From a virus, in IMG/VR virus record IMGVR_UViG_3300025671_000038: a stretch of DNA of 64,000 nucleotides, one strand, 5' to 3'. The notes beneath the pieces are model-generated. The model saw nothing but the letters and a program-made list of their open reading frames with translations, was not told where the DNA came from and ran no database searches. Every line of letters starts with the position of its first letter. Position 1 is the stretch's first letter. Shown piece after piece: positions 1 to 8,938 of this stretch. Both the position numbers and the translations under genes were made by a program.

Positions 1-223
1 CATTGCTCATATCTCCCATATCACCGACGATCAAACAAGAGTGATTCTCAAAGAGCTCATCAGTTTCCCAGACACTCCTGGATGATGGGTTACCCACACT
101 TTGACCTATTGCTATATTCCAAGCAGCAGATGCTAAATTCTTAGAACATTCAACATAATACTTAGCAAAGAAGTACTTGTCAGCATCTATTTGATTTCTC
201 GATTTAAATAATTCAGATTTCAT
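1..223 (-). CDS. RuBisCO-like protein (form IV/RLP), N-terminal 74 aa; runs off the window edge
   Basis: Hand translation from ATG at 223: MKSELFKSRNQIDADKYFFAKYYVECSKNLASAAWNIAIGQSVGNPSSRSVWETDELFENHSCLIVGDMGDMSN. The A-x-x-IA-x-x-QS-x-G segment matches the RbcL/RLP N-terminal domain. The start overlaps the cupin gene end. The catalytic domain lies outside the window. Confidence 0.72.
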   Translation of the reverse strand, partial: MKSELFKSRNQIDADKYFFAKYYVECSKNLASAAWNIAIGQSVGNPSSRSVWETDELFENHSCLIVGDMGDMSN

Positions 224-533
224 ACTTATCTCCCGGTTTAGAGGGTGTCTTAACTATAAAAACCTCGCAGTCTTCGAGGAAAACAGGATTAGCTATCTCG
301 TATTTCCTGATAACGAAAACATCACCAGCTTTGAGTATTTTGTCCTGTATAATCATTCTACCCTTGTGGAGGTAGTTTATTTCGTCAGCTTCTTTGTGAT
401 AGTGTGCTGGCCAATCCTCTCCTTTCTTATGCCTTTTAAAGCATATCTCAAATTGATCGGTTTTATAAGCGGAGGGAAGGAAGTCTCCAACGAACCATCC
501 ACCCTGGTAATCATCTATTTTAGATACTTCCAT
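213..533 (-). CDS. Cupin-fold protein
   Basis: GGWFVGDF start, His motif HYHKEADEINY, 106 aa all-beta pattern; overlaps both neighbours. Confidence 0.7.
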   Translation of the reverse strand: MEVSKIDDYQGGWFVGDFLPSAYKTDQFEICFKRHKKGEDWPAHYHKEADEINYLHKGRMIIQDKILKAGDVFVIRKYEIANPVFLEDCEVFIVKTPSKPGDKYEI

Positions 534-1266
534 TGGCTATTTTATTTTTATAAATCTCAAGATCTTCCGGGGTACCTATCGGGAAATGAAGGTTGAAGAA
601 ATATGGCAATATCTTTTTACCCCTCTTTATCAAATAGTTATATGAGGGAGCAACGTAAAACTCACTGTTATACCGGTCATTAGCTTCTATCATCTCCATC
701 GAGGATTCTACGAAATCGGACCCTCTCTTCCAGTAGTGCAATCCGTTAGTAGCTATATTTGATATAACTATTTTTTCCTTCACGTCACAAACTTCCCCGT
801 TTGGATCCAATTTGACGTAACTATTCTTTTTAGAGGAAGATAAAAAGCATCCTAAGAACCCATCACAAGCCGTATTTGAAGCAAACTTGGATAAAACATT
901 AAGATCATAGTCCAATATAATCTGATCACAGTTTACTATGATCAAAGGATCATTGGTATTAATGATAGACTGGGCCAGTAGAGCAGTACAGGCTGGTCCT
1001 TCTGTTAATTTCGGGGTGGAAATAACGTCATGTGAAATAGGCATATCGGATATGTGCCTCTTAAACTCATCGACAGATATGTGCTCCTCGTTGATCACGA
1101 ATATAAAATGGGCAGACTCATTGTGGAGGTTTCCGACTACGGTCCGTATCATAGAATCGTCGATGACCTTGATATAAGGTTTAATCTCGTTATACCCAGC
1201 ATCGGAAAATCTTTTTCCCATCCCGCCTAGGGGTATCAGTATATTAATCCTCCTTAAGTCTTCCAT
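520..1266 (-). CDS. Sugar-phosphate nucleotidyltransferase (NTP_transferase, GT-A fold)
   Basis: LIPLGGMGKRF...KP signature; TEGPACT, IVNCDQ, EK, NSEFY and GTPEDL motifs. Confidence 0.85.
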   Translation of the reverse strand: MEDLRRINILIPLGGMGKRFSDAGYNEIKPYIKVIDDSMIRTVVGNLHNESAHFIFVINEEHISVDEFKRHISDMPISHDVISTPKLTEGPACTALLAQSIINTNDPLIIVNCDQIILDYDLNVLSKFASNTACDGFLGCFLSSSKKNSYVKLDPNGEVCDVKEKIVISNIATNGLHYWKRGSDFVESSMEMIEANDRYNSEFYVAPSYNYLIKRGKKILPYFFNLHFPIGTPEDLEIYKNKIANGSI

Positions 1267-1912
1267 CTAAAAAAATACAAATCCAGGTAGCATCAATAAG
1301 ATCATCCAGAGGTTTATTTACATTTCCGCTGGGCGTTATCCATTCTCCCCTATTACTTTCAAGTATATTAGTGAAATAGCTCAGATTGGTTTCAGCTCTT
1401 TTACAATTAACTAGGGAATCATAGAGCTGATGTTTTTTTGCATTCCCTTTAATAGCGAATTTCTTAATGGAGGTCGGGGAAAAAACATAAAAATTCGAAC
1501 TACCCACCTCGTCAACTATTTTTTTTCTAAGTAGGGCAGTAGCCATAGAGATGTCAATTAGGGCATTACCATTGGATGCAAAACTTAAACCCTCCATAGC
1601 TATATAGATCTCGTCACCCTCTTGGGTGTGAGATATGACTGAATCCCAGAATCGGTCGACTAGGTCGGAAAAGTAATCAATCTTAAGCCTCTCCCTTTCG
1701 GAGTATTCCTCAGGCATTTTCTCTTTTCCCATAAACATGAGATCAAACCCATCCATTTCGGAGAGGAATGCGAATGGTTTTGCTTTAGATCTTTTTAGTG
1801 ATTCTTCTGTGCGATCACTTCGGGTAAGTGATCCCCATTTAAATTGATTATCCCTAAGCAAACAAAAAGCTGGCGAGTTCAGAGAAAAATCTATTCCGAT
1901 AAGAGTTCTCAA
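1244..1912 (-). CDS. RuvC-like Holliday junction resolvase (phage type)
   Basis: IGIDFSLNSPA (catalytic D), AMEGLSF (E), PTSIKKFA, DDLIDA (D/D); TTG start. Confidence 0.75.
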   Translation of the reverse strand: MRTLIGIDFSLNSPAFCLLRDNQFKWGSLTRSDRTEESLKRSKAKPFAFLSEMDGFDLMFMGKEKMPEEYSERERLKIDYFSDLVDRFWDSVISHTQEGDEIYIAMEGLSFASNGNALIDISMATALLRKKIVDEVGSSNFYVFSPTSIKKFAIKGNAKKHQLYDSLVNCKRAETNLSYFTNILESNRGEWITPSGNVNKPLDDLIDATWICIFLDGRLKED

Positions 1913-1939
1913 AATATTGAGTGTTTAAAAGTTTCACTC

Positions 1940-1947
1940 TATATATC
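1940..1947 (-). promoter_or_regulatory. Putative late promoter GATATATA upstream of the RuvC-like gene
   Basis: Exact octamer 27 nt before the TTG at 1912, just downstream of a terminator. Confidence 0.6.
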
Positions 1948-1952
1948 CTCAC

Positions 1953-1979
1953 AAAAAACCCCCGAATTAAGGGGGTTTT
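1953..1979 (-). terminator. Intrinsic terminator
   Basis: Minus strand AAAACCCCC-TTAATTC-GGGGG-TTTTTT, downstream of ORF 2001..2366. Confidence 0.75.
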
Positions 1980-2000
1980 ATAGATATGTACTTAATGTGA

Positions 2001-2366
2001 TTAAACCTTTACCAGTCTTTTAGAAACTAGCCCCGGAATCTCTATTTCAGAATCCCCTTTCGTAACCGCTTTCTCTATGTTATCCACTATCTTCTTGTCG
2101 ATAGCGCTTTCAAGTTCGGTAGGTTCCACTATTTTAACTTTTAAACTCTCTCCTGAAGGTTTGAGATCGACTACTTCAACTCTATTCCATTTTTTTCCAA
2201 ATGGATTTAGATAATTACCTGGATTAAATTCGGCCTCGAGTTGATATTCATTGCCGTTTAAAATTATATTGCCATTACTGCTCTTCTTCACTTCCAATTT
2301 TTCATTGATCTGTATAGAACCTTTAGAAGGGTTAGTAAAGGATTCGTAGGTAAGTATCGTTTCCAT
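2001..2366 (-). CDS. Hypothetical protein, probable internal head protein
   Basis: N-terminus METILTYESF...INE resembles the T4 capsid-targeting sequence; TAATG coupling to the upstream gene. Confidence 0.55.
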   Translation of the reverse strand: METILTYESFTNPSKGSIQINEKLEVKKSSNGNIILNGNEYQLEAEFNPGNYLNPFGKKWNRVEVVDLKPSGESLKVKIVEPTELESAIDKKIVDNIEKAVTKGDSEIEIPGLVSKRLVKV

Positions 2367-2614
2367 TAGTCCATTGATGGTTTAACTACATTTCCCTTCT
2401 TGCCAGTGTAATTATAGACATTAACAAGCTTGTCGTAGCATTTTTTCATCTGGTCATCTGTCAAGCAAGAGACCAGGTCATTAAGAACCCTTTGGTCGTT
2501 ACCTGAAGCAGCAACCAATAGATCTTTCATATGTTGCTTTAGGTCATCCTCGCCATACATGGGCTGACCATATTTCATTTCGTTTAACTGAGTTAGTTCA
2601 GAGAATTTTTTCAT
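2366..2614 (-). CDS. Small probable internal head protein (start revised to 2614)
   Basis: MKKFSELTQLNE N-terminus; GATATATA at 2636-2643 lies 21 nt upstream of this ATG, so the longer 2689 start is unlikely. Confidence 0.6.
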   Translation of the reverse strand: MKKFSELTQLNEMKYGQPMYGEDDLKQHMKDLLVAASGNDQRVLNDLVSCLTDDQMKKCYDKLVNVYNYTGKKGNVVKPSMD

Positions 2615-2635
2615 CTTCTTCGATTTTTTCTGTTT

Positions 2636-2643
2636 TATATATC
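2636..2643 (-). promoter_or_regulatory. Putative late promoter GATATATA
   Basis: Exact octamer immediately after the stop codon of 2644..3204. Confidence 0.6.
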
Positions 2644-3204
2644 TTACCTCTCCCTGCCAATTTCTAGCGATATATCCAAATAATTGCACTTAAAGCCTAC
2701 AGAGAACGTATAAACACTGGGAGCATTTTGGGTGTAATTGAGATTCAGGTTGTTCATCGATGTTAGGGTTACTTCCTTAAAAGTTACCGTAGTAACTATA
2801 TTCCCATCGTTATCAAGTATTCTTAATGGCAGGTTCTGAATAAAGACCTGCGGGTTTTTAAAATTAAGCTTGTCCAAAACCGTCTCCAGCATTATGAAGT
2901 AGTTTATGAAACCCTCAGATATGCGGAAAGAGACCTCAAATTCTCTGCTAAATAGGTCTTGTACTGGGGTCGCACTTTGGTAATTTACCCGCTTACCCAG
3001 ATTTCTTGTCTGCTCCACTAGATCCATACTCATCCCAGGGAATCCCACGGATTGAATGGAGCTATTCATGAAGGAAGTTATAGTGTCGTAAGGGGTAGGC
3101 TGTCTTTTAATGTAGTCTAGGTACTTCTCCTGTACGATATCAGGGAAAAATCCTCTTGGAAAGACGAAGTAAAAGCTATTAGCCCTTGCGTTTAACATGC
3201 TCAT
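2644..3204 (-). CDS. Tail-tube-fold protein (T4 gp3/gp19-like, possibly tail completion)
   Basis: IQSVGFPG, FEVSFRISEGFINY, LRILD..G, FSVGF beta pattern and 186 aa size fit T4-like tube/terminator proteins. Confidence 0.55.
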   Translation of the reverse strand: MSMLNARANSFYFVFPRGFFPDIVQEKYLDYIKRQPTPYDTITSFMNSSIQSVGFPGMSMDLVEQTRNLGKRVNYQSATPVQDLFSREFEVSFRISEGFINYFIMLETVLDKLNFKNPQVFIQNLPLRILDNDGNIVTTVTFKEVTLTSMNNLNLNYTQNAPSVYTFSVGFKCNYLDISLEIGRER

Positions 3205-3709
3205 AGTCTATCTTAACGTGGTTTATTTTATAGTTATTTCTTTCAGATTTCTCCAGAGCTTGACTAGTATCAAAATTAGAATACATGTAAAGACCCGGGA
3301 TCAATTCCTTGCAATCTCCTTCCACTATATATTCAAACCTATTATCACCATCAAAAAACTCAAGATCCGTGTAGTTGGTTATCTTTCTTCCTTTATAGAA
3401 CGAACCAGCATTTTCTCTCCATAGGATATCAACCAAAATTCCCATTTCCATCCCTATTGAAACCCCTGAATCTAGGAGGTCCTTTAACTCGGCATATCTG
3501 AATTTATTACCAGATAAGATCACGTCGATGTCTGTTGTATCGATATCAGTATCTAGAAAGTAGTTTGAGCAAAAAGCTCCACAAAGATACAGATCAACAG
3601 TAGGAGTGCCATTAAAGTCTATCCATGAAGAAATCCAATTATCGAAAAGATCCTTAGTTGGGGATTTAAAAGGTCCCTTATGAATAAACTCACCTCTTCT
3701 AAATTCCAA
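3179..3709 (-). CDS. Putative Pol-beta-superfamily nucleotidyltransferase
   Basis: LYLCGAF...TTDIDVIL (hG-x-DhDh) and a later VDIL strand; TTG start. Confidence 0.5.
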   Translation of the reverse strand: MEFRRGEFIHKGPFKSPTKDLFDNWISSWIDFNGTPTVDLYLCGAFCSNYFLDTDIDTTDIDVILSGNKFRYAELKDLLDSGVSIGMEMGILVDILWRENAGSFYKGRKITNYTDLEFFDGDNRFEYIVEGDCKELIPGLYMYSNFDTSQALEKSERNNYKINHVKIDYEHVKRKG

Positions 3710-3721
3710 AACGTATTGTGA

Positions 3722-6163
3722 TTAGCTTCTGCCACCGAAACCGAAATCAGGGTCAAAGTTTGCAGAACCGCTATCGCTACCGGATTGGTTAGCAGTAGAT
3801 CCATTGGAAGAAGCAGATCCGCCAGTAGCTCTTCCCGCACTGGTGTTTCCATAAGCAAGAACTAGCTCCATATCTCCACTTCCGAATATCCCGTCAACTG
3901 CATCTACAAAAAGATTTTTCGTAATTCCAACATAAAGCTTGTAGCCGGTTGAACTTGGGTCCAGGAAATATGCTATTATTTCCTGAGTAGTCCACCCGGT
4001 AGCTATTTTACCCTGCACGTCGGAGGAGATTGCAGATTTCAGCTGAACTGGGGTTAGCTTAGGTTGGTTATTTCGGTTTACATTACCAGCTTTTCTGCCT
4101 AATCCACTAGTTCCAGAAGTTCCGTTTTGTACTCCCGAAACCTGCCAGGAACTTTTTCCAACTCTTTTTGATACAGGTTTAGTCCTAGGTGAGGTTGGAG
4201 CTACCACCACTTCAGCTGCTACAGCTGTTTGAACTGGCTCAGTCTCTCCGTCCTTTAGCCAATTACCCCAGTAAAGAGTAGAAAAAGAATTTCCACCTAT
4301 TTTTGCAGTATTGACGGCTCTACTAGTATTAGAATCCCTTTTGGATGCAATTACAACATCACGGGAAGAATCTCTTAAACTAATAGCTTTCTTAGCTAGC
4401 AGAGATTTAACCTTATTAACCTTAGAAATTCCCCTCGTATCAACATTATCGCCATCGGGATCTGGCGGTTTATTAGTGATATAAAATCTTCGGTCTGTAA
4501 ACTGAAGGATCTGTGTAGAGATCGACTCATCCACTTTGAAAGCAAGCTCCCCCTTAGAAGGCTTTGCTATAGTAGCGTCAGCAATTGAAGGTGCATAAAC
4601 TTTTTTACCCTTGTTGTCTATGAAAACCATATTGTAAGTTCCAGAGGAGCTAAGGTCTATCTCCTGGGTTGTATTTCCTTGTCCTTTCTTAAAGAAGGAA
4701 AATTTGTAGTAGTTATCAAACGGGCTGATCTTTATATAAGCTTTGCCTACCCCATACGAAACTGAAGGTGTACTAGACTCATTGGTTTCAGTTAGTGTAG
4801 TTCCATTTACTTCCAGATTTGTCAGAGAAGTGTTTACTAGATTTCTATCAAAGAACACGTTAGAAAATTTGGTAATCTCTCTGGGCGATATTTGATTAAC
4901 CGGTACTGAAATATCAGTTTTACCTCCTAGCTTATTGTATATCTTCTGTTGCTGAGGTAAAACGGAAAGTTGCAGAGGAGCAATGGTAGTACCATATTTA
5001 CCAGGATCAGTTGAAGTATAAGTAGCAACCCTCATGGTTCTTGTCTGATTCTTACTGTTAATGAGTGTCATTGTATACCTCAATGAAAAGCTCGTAGCAA
5101 CATTAGAATACCTAACAATAGGTCTAAATAAATTCGGGACGTCGTATGCTGAAGTCTGAATACTAGTAAAATTAGATGTTTCAAGCCAAGCTGCACCAAC
5201 CTGCTCAAGAACCTCTATCCTATTCTCTATATAGTAGCTGTTTCCTATAGAATTCTGAAACAGTATGAAATCCTCTATAAAACCCCCATCATCTGTTCCG
5301 AAATATTCAAAGAAATCTCCAGTATCTGCTGGAGCAATATAAGCTCCTATGTTACTGAATGGATCAGTGGGTTCGAGAGATAATGCTGCTAAAAGTTGAG
5401 TACCATAGGTTTCATATCCGCTAACAATCGTAGTATCAGTTATGGAATAGGCACTTATTCTTAGAGGCTGAGAAGCTAAAAATCCTCTCCCACTTTTCGA
5501 AGTTTTAGCGGCAAGGGTTAAAGGTCGATTGGATACACTAGCAGCATTGTATTTATTGACCATATCTGAGAGTGAAGGTATCTTCACCTCGAAATACTTA
5601 TCATATATGTTAGCACCTATTGTTAAAGGACTAGGATTCAACGTATACTGCTGGGAATTACCCTTTGAGAGTTTAATCTGCGAAAAGGTAACATAAGATC
5701 CGTCTACATCCGGGTACTTAACATTTAGTATCAATCCATCCAGGTTATCCAAATTATACCCGGATAGGATGTGGTACCTCACGGAGTCATACACAACACT
5801 GAGATTCGATGGAAAAGATATAGGAAGATCAGCGGTGTTGGTAAGCTCAGATTTAAAGTCGTTATAAGGGACTATTAAATTAGGGTTTAGAGTTACGAAG
5901 GTCGTGGAATTAGTTTGCACCACACTATTGTTGGACGTGTTCTGTGTAATTGAAGCATTCTCGTCCAGATTGAATATTTGAACGTCATTAGAGGGCTGTC
6001 CGTCCGAATCTTCCAGTAAGCCATTTACGAGCTTATTATAACCCACTGTGGGGCTGCCAATATTGACAAAGTACTTCTCCGGGGTAGGTGGGCTGGCATA
6101 CATATATTCCATGACCAGATACGGGGAAAGTTGTACATATTTAGAGGTTGTCGTAAAAGCCAT
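3722..6163 (-). CDS. Large hypothetical virion structural protein (813 aa)
   Basis: Ser/Thr/Asn-rich beta protein in the tail operon; low-complexity Gly/Ser C-terminus. Confidence 0.5.
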   Translation of the reverse strand: MAFTTTSKYVQLSPYLVMEYMYASPPTPEKYFVNIGSPTVGYNKLVNGLLEDSDGQPSNDVQIFNLDENASITQNTSNNSVVQTNSTTFVTLNPNLIVPYNDFKSELTNTADLPISFPSNLSVVYDSVRYHILSGYNLDNLDGLILNVKYPDVDGSYVTFSQIKLSKGNSQQYTLNPSPLTIGANIYDKYFEVKIPSLSDMVNKYNAASVSNRPLTLAAKTSKSGRGFLASQPLRISAYSITDTTIVSGYETYGTQLLAALSLEPTDPFSNIGAYIAPADTGDFFEYFGTDDGGFIEDFILFQNSIGNSYYIENRIEVLEQVGAAWLETSNFTSIQTSAYDVPNLFRPIVRYSNVATSFSLRYTMTLINSKNQTRTMRVATYTSTDPGKYGTTIAPLQLSVLPQQQKIYNKLGGKTDISVPVNQISPREITKFSNVFFDRNLVNTSLTNLEVNGTTLTETNESSTPSVSYGVGKAYIKISPFDNYYKFSFFKKGQGNTTQEIDLSSSGTYNMVFIDNKGKKVYAPSIADATIAKPSKGELAFKVDESISTQILQFTDRRFYITNKPPDPDGDNVDTRGISKVNKVKSLLAKKAISLRDSSRDVVIASKRDSNTSRAVNTAKIGGNSFSTLYWGNWLKDGETEPVQTAVAAEVVVAPTSPRTKPVSKRVGKSSWQVSGVQNGTSGTSGLGRKAGNVNRNNQPKLTPVQLKSAISSDVQGKIATGWTTQEIIAYFLDPSSTGYKLYVGITKNLFVDAVDGIFGSGDMELVLAYGNTSAGRATGGSASSNGSTANQSGSDSGSANFDPDFGFGGRS

Positions 6164-6175
6164 TCTATCTATTTA

Positions 6176-6967
6176 TTATTTTCCAAACTGAAGCCACTTG
6201 GGGGAATAACTTAGTCCAATTCCTAGGAAAGGACCAACTGTATATCCGCCGTTGTCTAAAGAAATACCATAGCCTGCGGATACACCAACACCAAAAGTCC
6301 TTCTTGCCGACTTCAGAGCCCTTTTAGTCTCCGGGTCGTCTATCATGTTAAGAGCTTGTAATTCTCTGAACTTTAAACCAGGAAAATCAGTAGAGGCCCT
6401 GATGTATAACAAGCCATCATCAGGATTACTATATAAACCAGTGACCAGGTCTATTCTCTGCTCTATACTTAAAGAGGCATCCCCAGGAAATATAGTACTG
6501 TCGCTATCAAAAGTGTAAGGTATTGTACCGTCAATTAAGAGACGATTAGTACCGGGTAATACCGGGTTGTAAGAGAAAGCTATATAAGATGAGTCACCCT
6601 CGTTGTGATTCGTAGATGAGACCACGATAGTTGTGTCACGATAAACAATCTCCGTTTTAATTATGACTCCAGGTTTCCTTTTTCTCTCTAATTCTAGCCT
6701 TTTTATAAGATCTTCCTGCTCGTCAGAGAGCTCATTATATTTTAGTTTAAAAGCAGACCTCTCCGCTAAAGCACCGCTTAATCTAGTTTCCAAATGCCTA
6801 ACAGAATCCTGTTGGGCTAGTAAATTGCCCAAATTTCTATTAGCTTCCTCTCTTGCTCTTTCCGTTATGCCGCACTGTCTAAATAACAAGAGCATAAGCA
6901 ATATGGACAGCAGGATCGGGAAAATCCTTCCGGTTAAAAAAGATACTGTGTCCTTATAAAGTTTCAT
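6176..6967 (-). CDS. Membrane-anchored coiled-coil protein with Gly-rich beta C-terminus (spanin-like candidate)
   Basis: Hydrophobic N-segment FPILLSILLMLLLFRQC, coiled coil at about aa 35-95, C-terminal FGVGVSAGYG...GPFLGIGLSY. Confidence 0.5.
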   Translation of the reverse strand: MKLYKDTVSFLTGRIFPILLSILLMLLLFRQCGITERAREEANRNLGNLLAQQDSVRHLETRLSGALAERSAFKLKYNELSDEQEDLIKRLELERKRKPGVIIKTEIVYRDTTIVVSSTNHNEGDSSYIAFSYNPVLPGTNRLLIDGTIPYTFDSDSTIFPGDASLSIEQRIDLVTGLYSNPDDGLLYIRASTDFPGLKFRELQALNMIDDPETKRALKSARRTFGVGVSAGYGISLDNGGYTVGPFLGIGLSYSPKWLQFGK

Positions 6968-7199
6968 ATGTCATTTCGAAGGGATCGAGTCTTCCCTCAC
7001 CATATTTTTCGCCCAGAGAACTGATAAAATCCTGCTCTGAATCTCTCAAGTCTTCTAGTTCCCGGATTAGAGTACCAGCTTTCATGTTTAGCCTTTCCAT
7101 CTCCGACTGAACTTTCTCTATCTCGCCTCTAACTCTAGCAAATTCAGACTTCATTGATTGAGCTTTTTTAAGTTCTATTTTGGTTAATCTTTTTATCAT
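6954..7199 (-). CDS. Small coiled-coil hypothetical protein
   Basis: Heptad pattern, ends KYGEGRLDPFEMTYE; overlaps the downstream gene. Confidence 0.55.
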   Translation of the reverse strand: MIKRLTKIELKKAQSMKSEFARVRGEIEKVQSEMERLNMKAGTLIRELEDLRDSEQDFISSLGEKYGEGRLDPFEMTYETL

Positions 7200-7237
7200 A
7201 TTTATCCAAGTTTTAAAAAGTGTTCAAACGGTTAAAT

Positions 7238-8920
7238 CTATATTATTACACCACCACCTCCTCCAGGAACTGTTACAACTGAGTTGTAGCTAACCCATCC
7301 GGCTATATTAGCATTATTTCCATCGACACCTCCTGCAGTGCCCGCGGAAGTATCATTATTACCGAAAGCTTCATAGAAGAGAGAAGAATTACCATTGATA
7401 AAGGTGAGTCTTATTCTTTTGCACCCCAAAGCCCCAGGATTCATGCCAGAAGAATAGTTATCAGGTATTTCTACCAGATTATAGTTCGAGGATCCATTAA
7501 TATTTACTCTTATTCCACCAAAGGATCTGGTAGTGTCCTCGACAAGAAATTCTATTGTTCTATATTTATATAGTGACAGATTTAACCAGCTGTAGTTGTT
7601 ACCTACGGTAAGATAAAATCTGCCCTTACGATAATTACTAACTACAGAGACTGCGATAGCAGATGGTTTAATAATCACAATGTCCTCCGATGGAGTAACT
7701 GGAACATGGTAATATGTAACCCCGCTTCTAACAAAGGTGGAGGTGAACGGAGTGGATATCGTCTGTGTGTATCTAGTTAGGTTTCCTCCGGTTACACCCG
7801 AGGTATTAGAAGAAAAATTAGAGGATCCGATTTGGAATGAATCCCCGTTAGATCTAACTTCAAAGGACTGTCCCCTGTGTGCCGAGGCAGAATTAGAATC
7901 CCTGCCCAGCTGTAAAGCACTTCCATAACCAGAAGTTGTCCCATACCCTGCGGTATTAGATAATCCAATCCTCATGCCCTTACTTCCAGTAGAATTTGCG
8001 TTTATAAGTCCACTCGTTCCATAGGCACTTGTAATTCTATGGGAGAAACCGGTAGGACCTATAATAACAGGACCGGAAGTAAAATCAGCCCCGAAAATAG
8101 CACTACTTAACTGGAGATTAGATGAATTAACACTGAGATTTCCAGAAGAAATAATTTGGGAACTAGAAGCTGTTATTCCTATGTAGCTCTGGGATTTTAT
8201 ATTATTCGATCCAGCAGGAAATGAATCAATATTCCCGGTTACACCCAACGTTATAGATTTAGCAGCATATCTGGAAAAGCCCGGATTTTTCCAGACTAAG
8301 TCATAATCCGAGGTTGAAGAATTCTTCCAATAGAACCCTCCTATGTTACTTCTATCAAAAAATGTTTTATCGATCCCTAATATTGGACTGTAGGTATTAG
8401 AAACAGTACTTATCAACAACTTTGCAAAATTCGGATTAACGTCACCTGTAGTTCCGCTTAAGTCCGAAAGGGTCAAATACTTATCCCCGGGACTAGAATT
8501 TATAAGTACCGCATTATCCTCAGTAGATCCCCCTGGGCCCGATATTTGAGATAGCGATGCAAAAATACCCGTTGTCTCCAGAGTTTCTCCAGTATTAATC
8601 CAACCACCAGTAGCTGAAGAATATTTATACACATCCTGACCACCGGTATTTCCTATATCAATCCAGATATCACCAGGTTGGGATATTGATGCTGAGGGCT
8701 GCGAGGGGGAGAAGTACCAATTAGATGCTCTATCCCCTGTTGTACCTCGATCCCCGTCCAATCCAGCCTGACCTATTATGCCGGTAGCACCTATAGCTCC
8801 GTTAGGTCCTTGTTCCCCTATGGCATTAAAATGTACCTGGTTAAAATTATGGTTTACCTTAGTAATTATCTTATTCTTAGAATCTCCAGGTAAAATGTAT
8901 TTAGTATTGAATGTAGCCAT
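7238..8920 (-). CDS. Tail fibre protein with short collagen-like segment
   Basis: 10 Gly-X-Y triplets (aa 35-64); N-terminal ~200 aa paralogous to 8939..10426. Confidence 0.7.
   Translation of the reverse strand: MATFNTKYILPGDSKNKIITKVNHNFNQVHFNAIGEQGPNGAIGATGIIGQAGLDGDRGTTGDRASNWYFSPSQPSASISQPGDIWIDIGNTGGQDVYKYSSATGGWINTGETLETTGIFASLSQISGPGGSTEDNAVLINSSPGDKYLTLSDLSGTTGDVNPNFAKLLISTVSNTYSPILGIDKTFFDRSNIGGFYWKNSSTSDYDLVWKNPGFSRYAAKSITLGVTGNIDSFPAGSNNIKSQSYIGITASSSQIISSGNLSVNSSNLQLSSAIFGADFTSGPVIIGPTGFSHRITSAYGTSGLINANSTGSKGMRIGLSNTAGYGTTSGYGSALQLGRDSNSASAHRGQSFEVRSNGDSFQIGSSNFSSNTSGVTGGNLTRYTQTISTPFTSTFVRSGVTYYHVPVTPSEDIVIIKPSAIAVSVVSNYRKGRFYLTVGNNYSWLNLSLYKYRTIEFLVEDTTRSFGGIRVNINGSSNYNLVEIPDNYSSGMNPGALGCKRIRLTFINGNSSLFYEAFGNNDTSAGTAGGVDGNNANIAGWVSYNSVVTVPGGGGGVII
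8729..8818 (-). repeat. Collagen-like Gly-X-Y coding repeat
   Basis: GEQGPNGAIGATGIIGQAGLDGDRGTTGDR. Confidence 0.8.
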
Positions 8921-8938
8921 ATCCTATTATAGTAGAGA

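Noticed and set aside
1244-1912. RuvC protein as TnpB or a mini-Cas12 effector
   Set aside because: It is only 222 aa with no zinc finger or REC/WED region and no adjacent array or transposon ends; it fits a stand-alone resolvase.
2615-2689. Longer N-terminus MQLFGY... for ORF 2366..2689
   Set aside because: It overlaps the upstream gene and spans the putative promoter; the ATG at 2614 gives a targeting-motif N-terminus.
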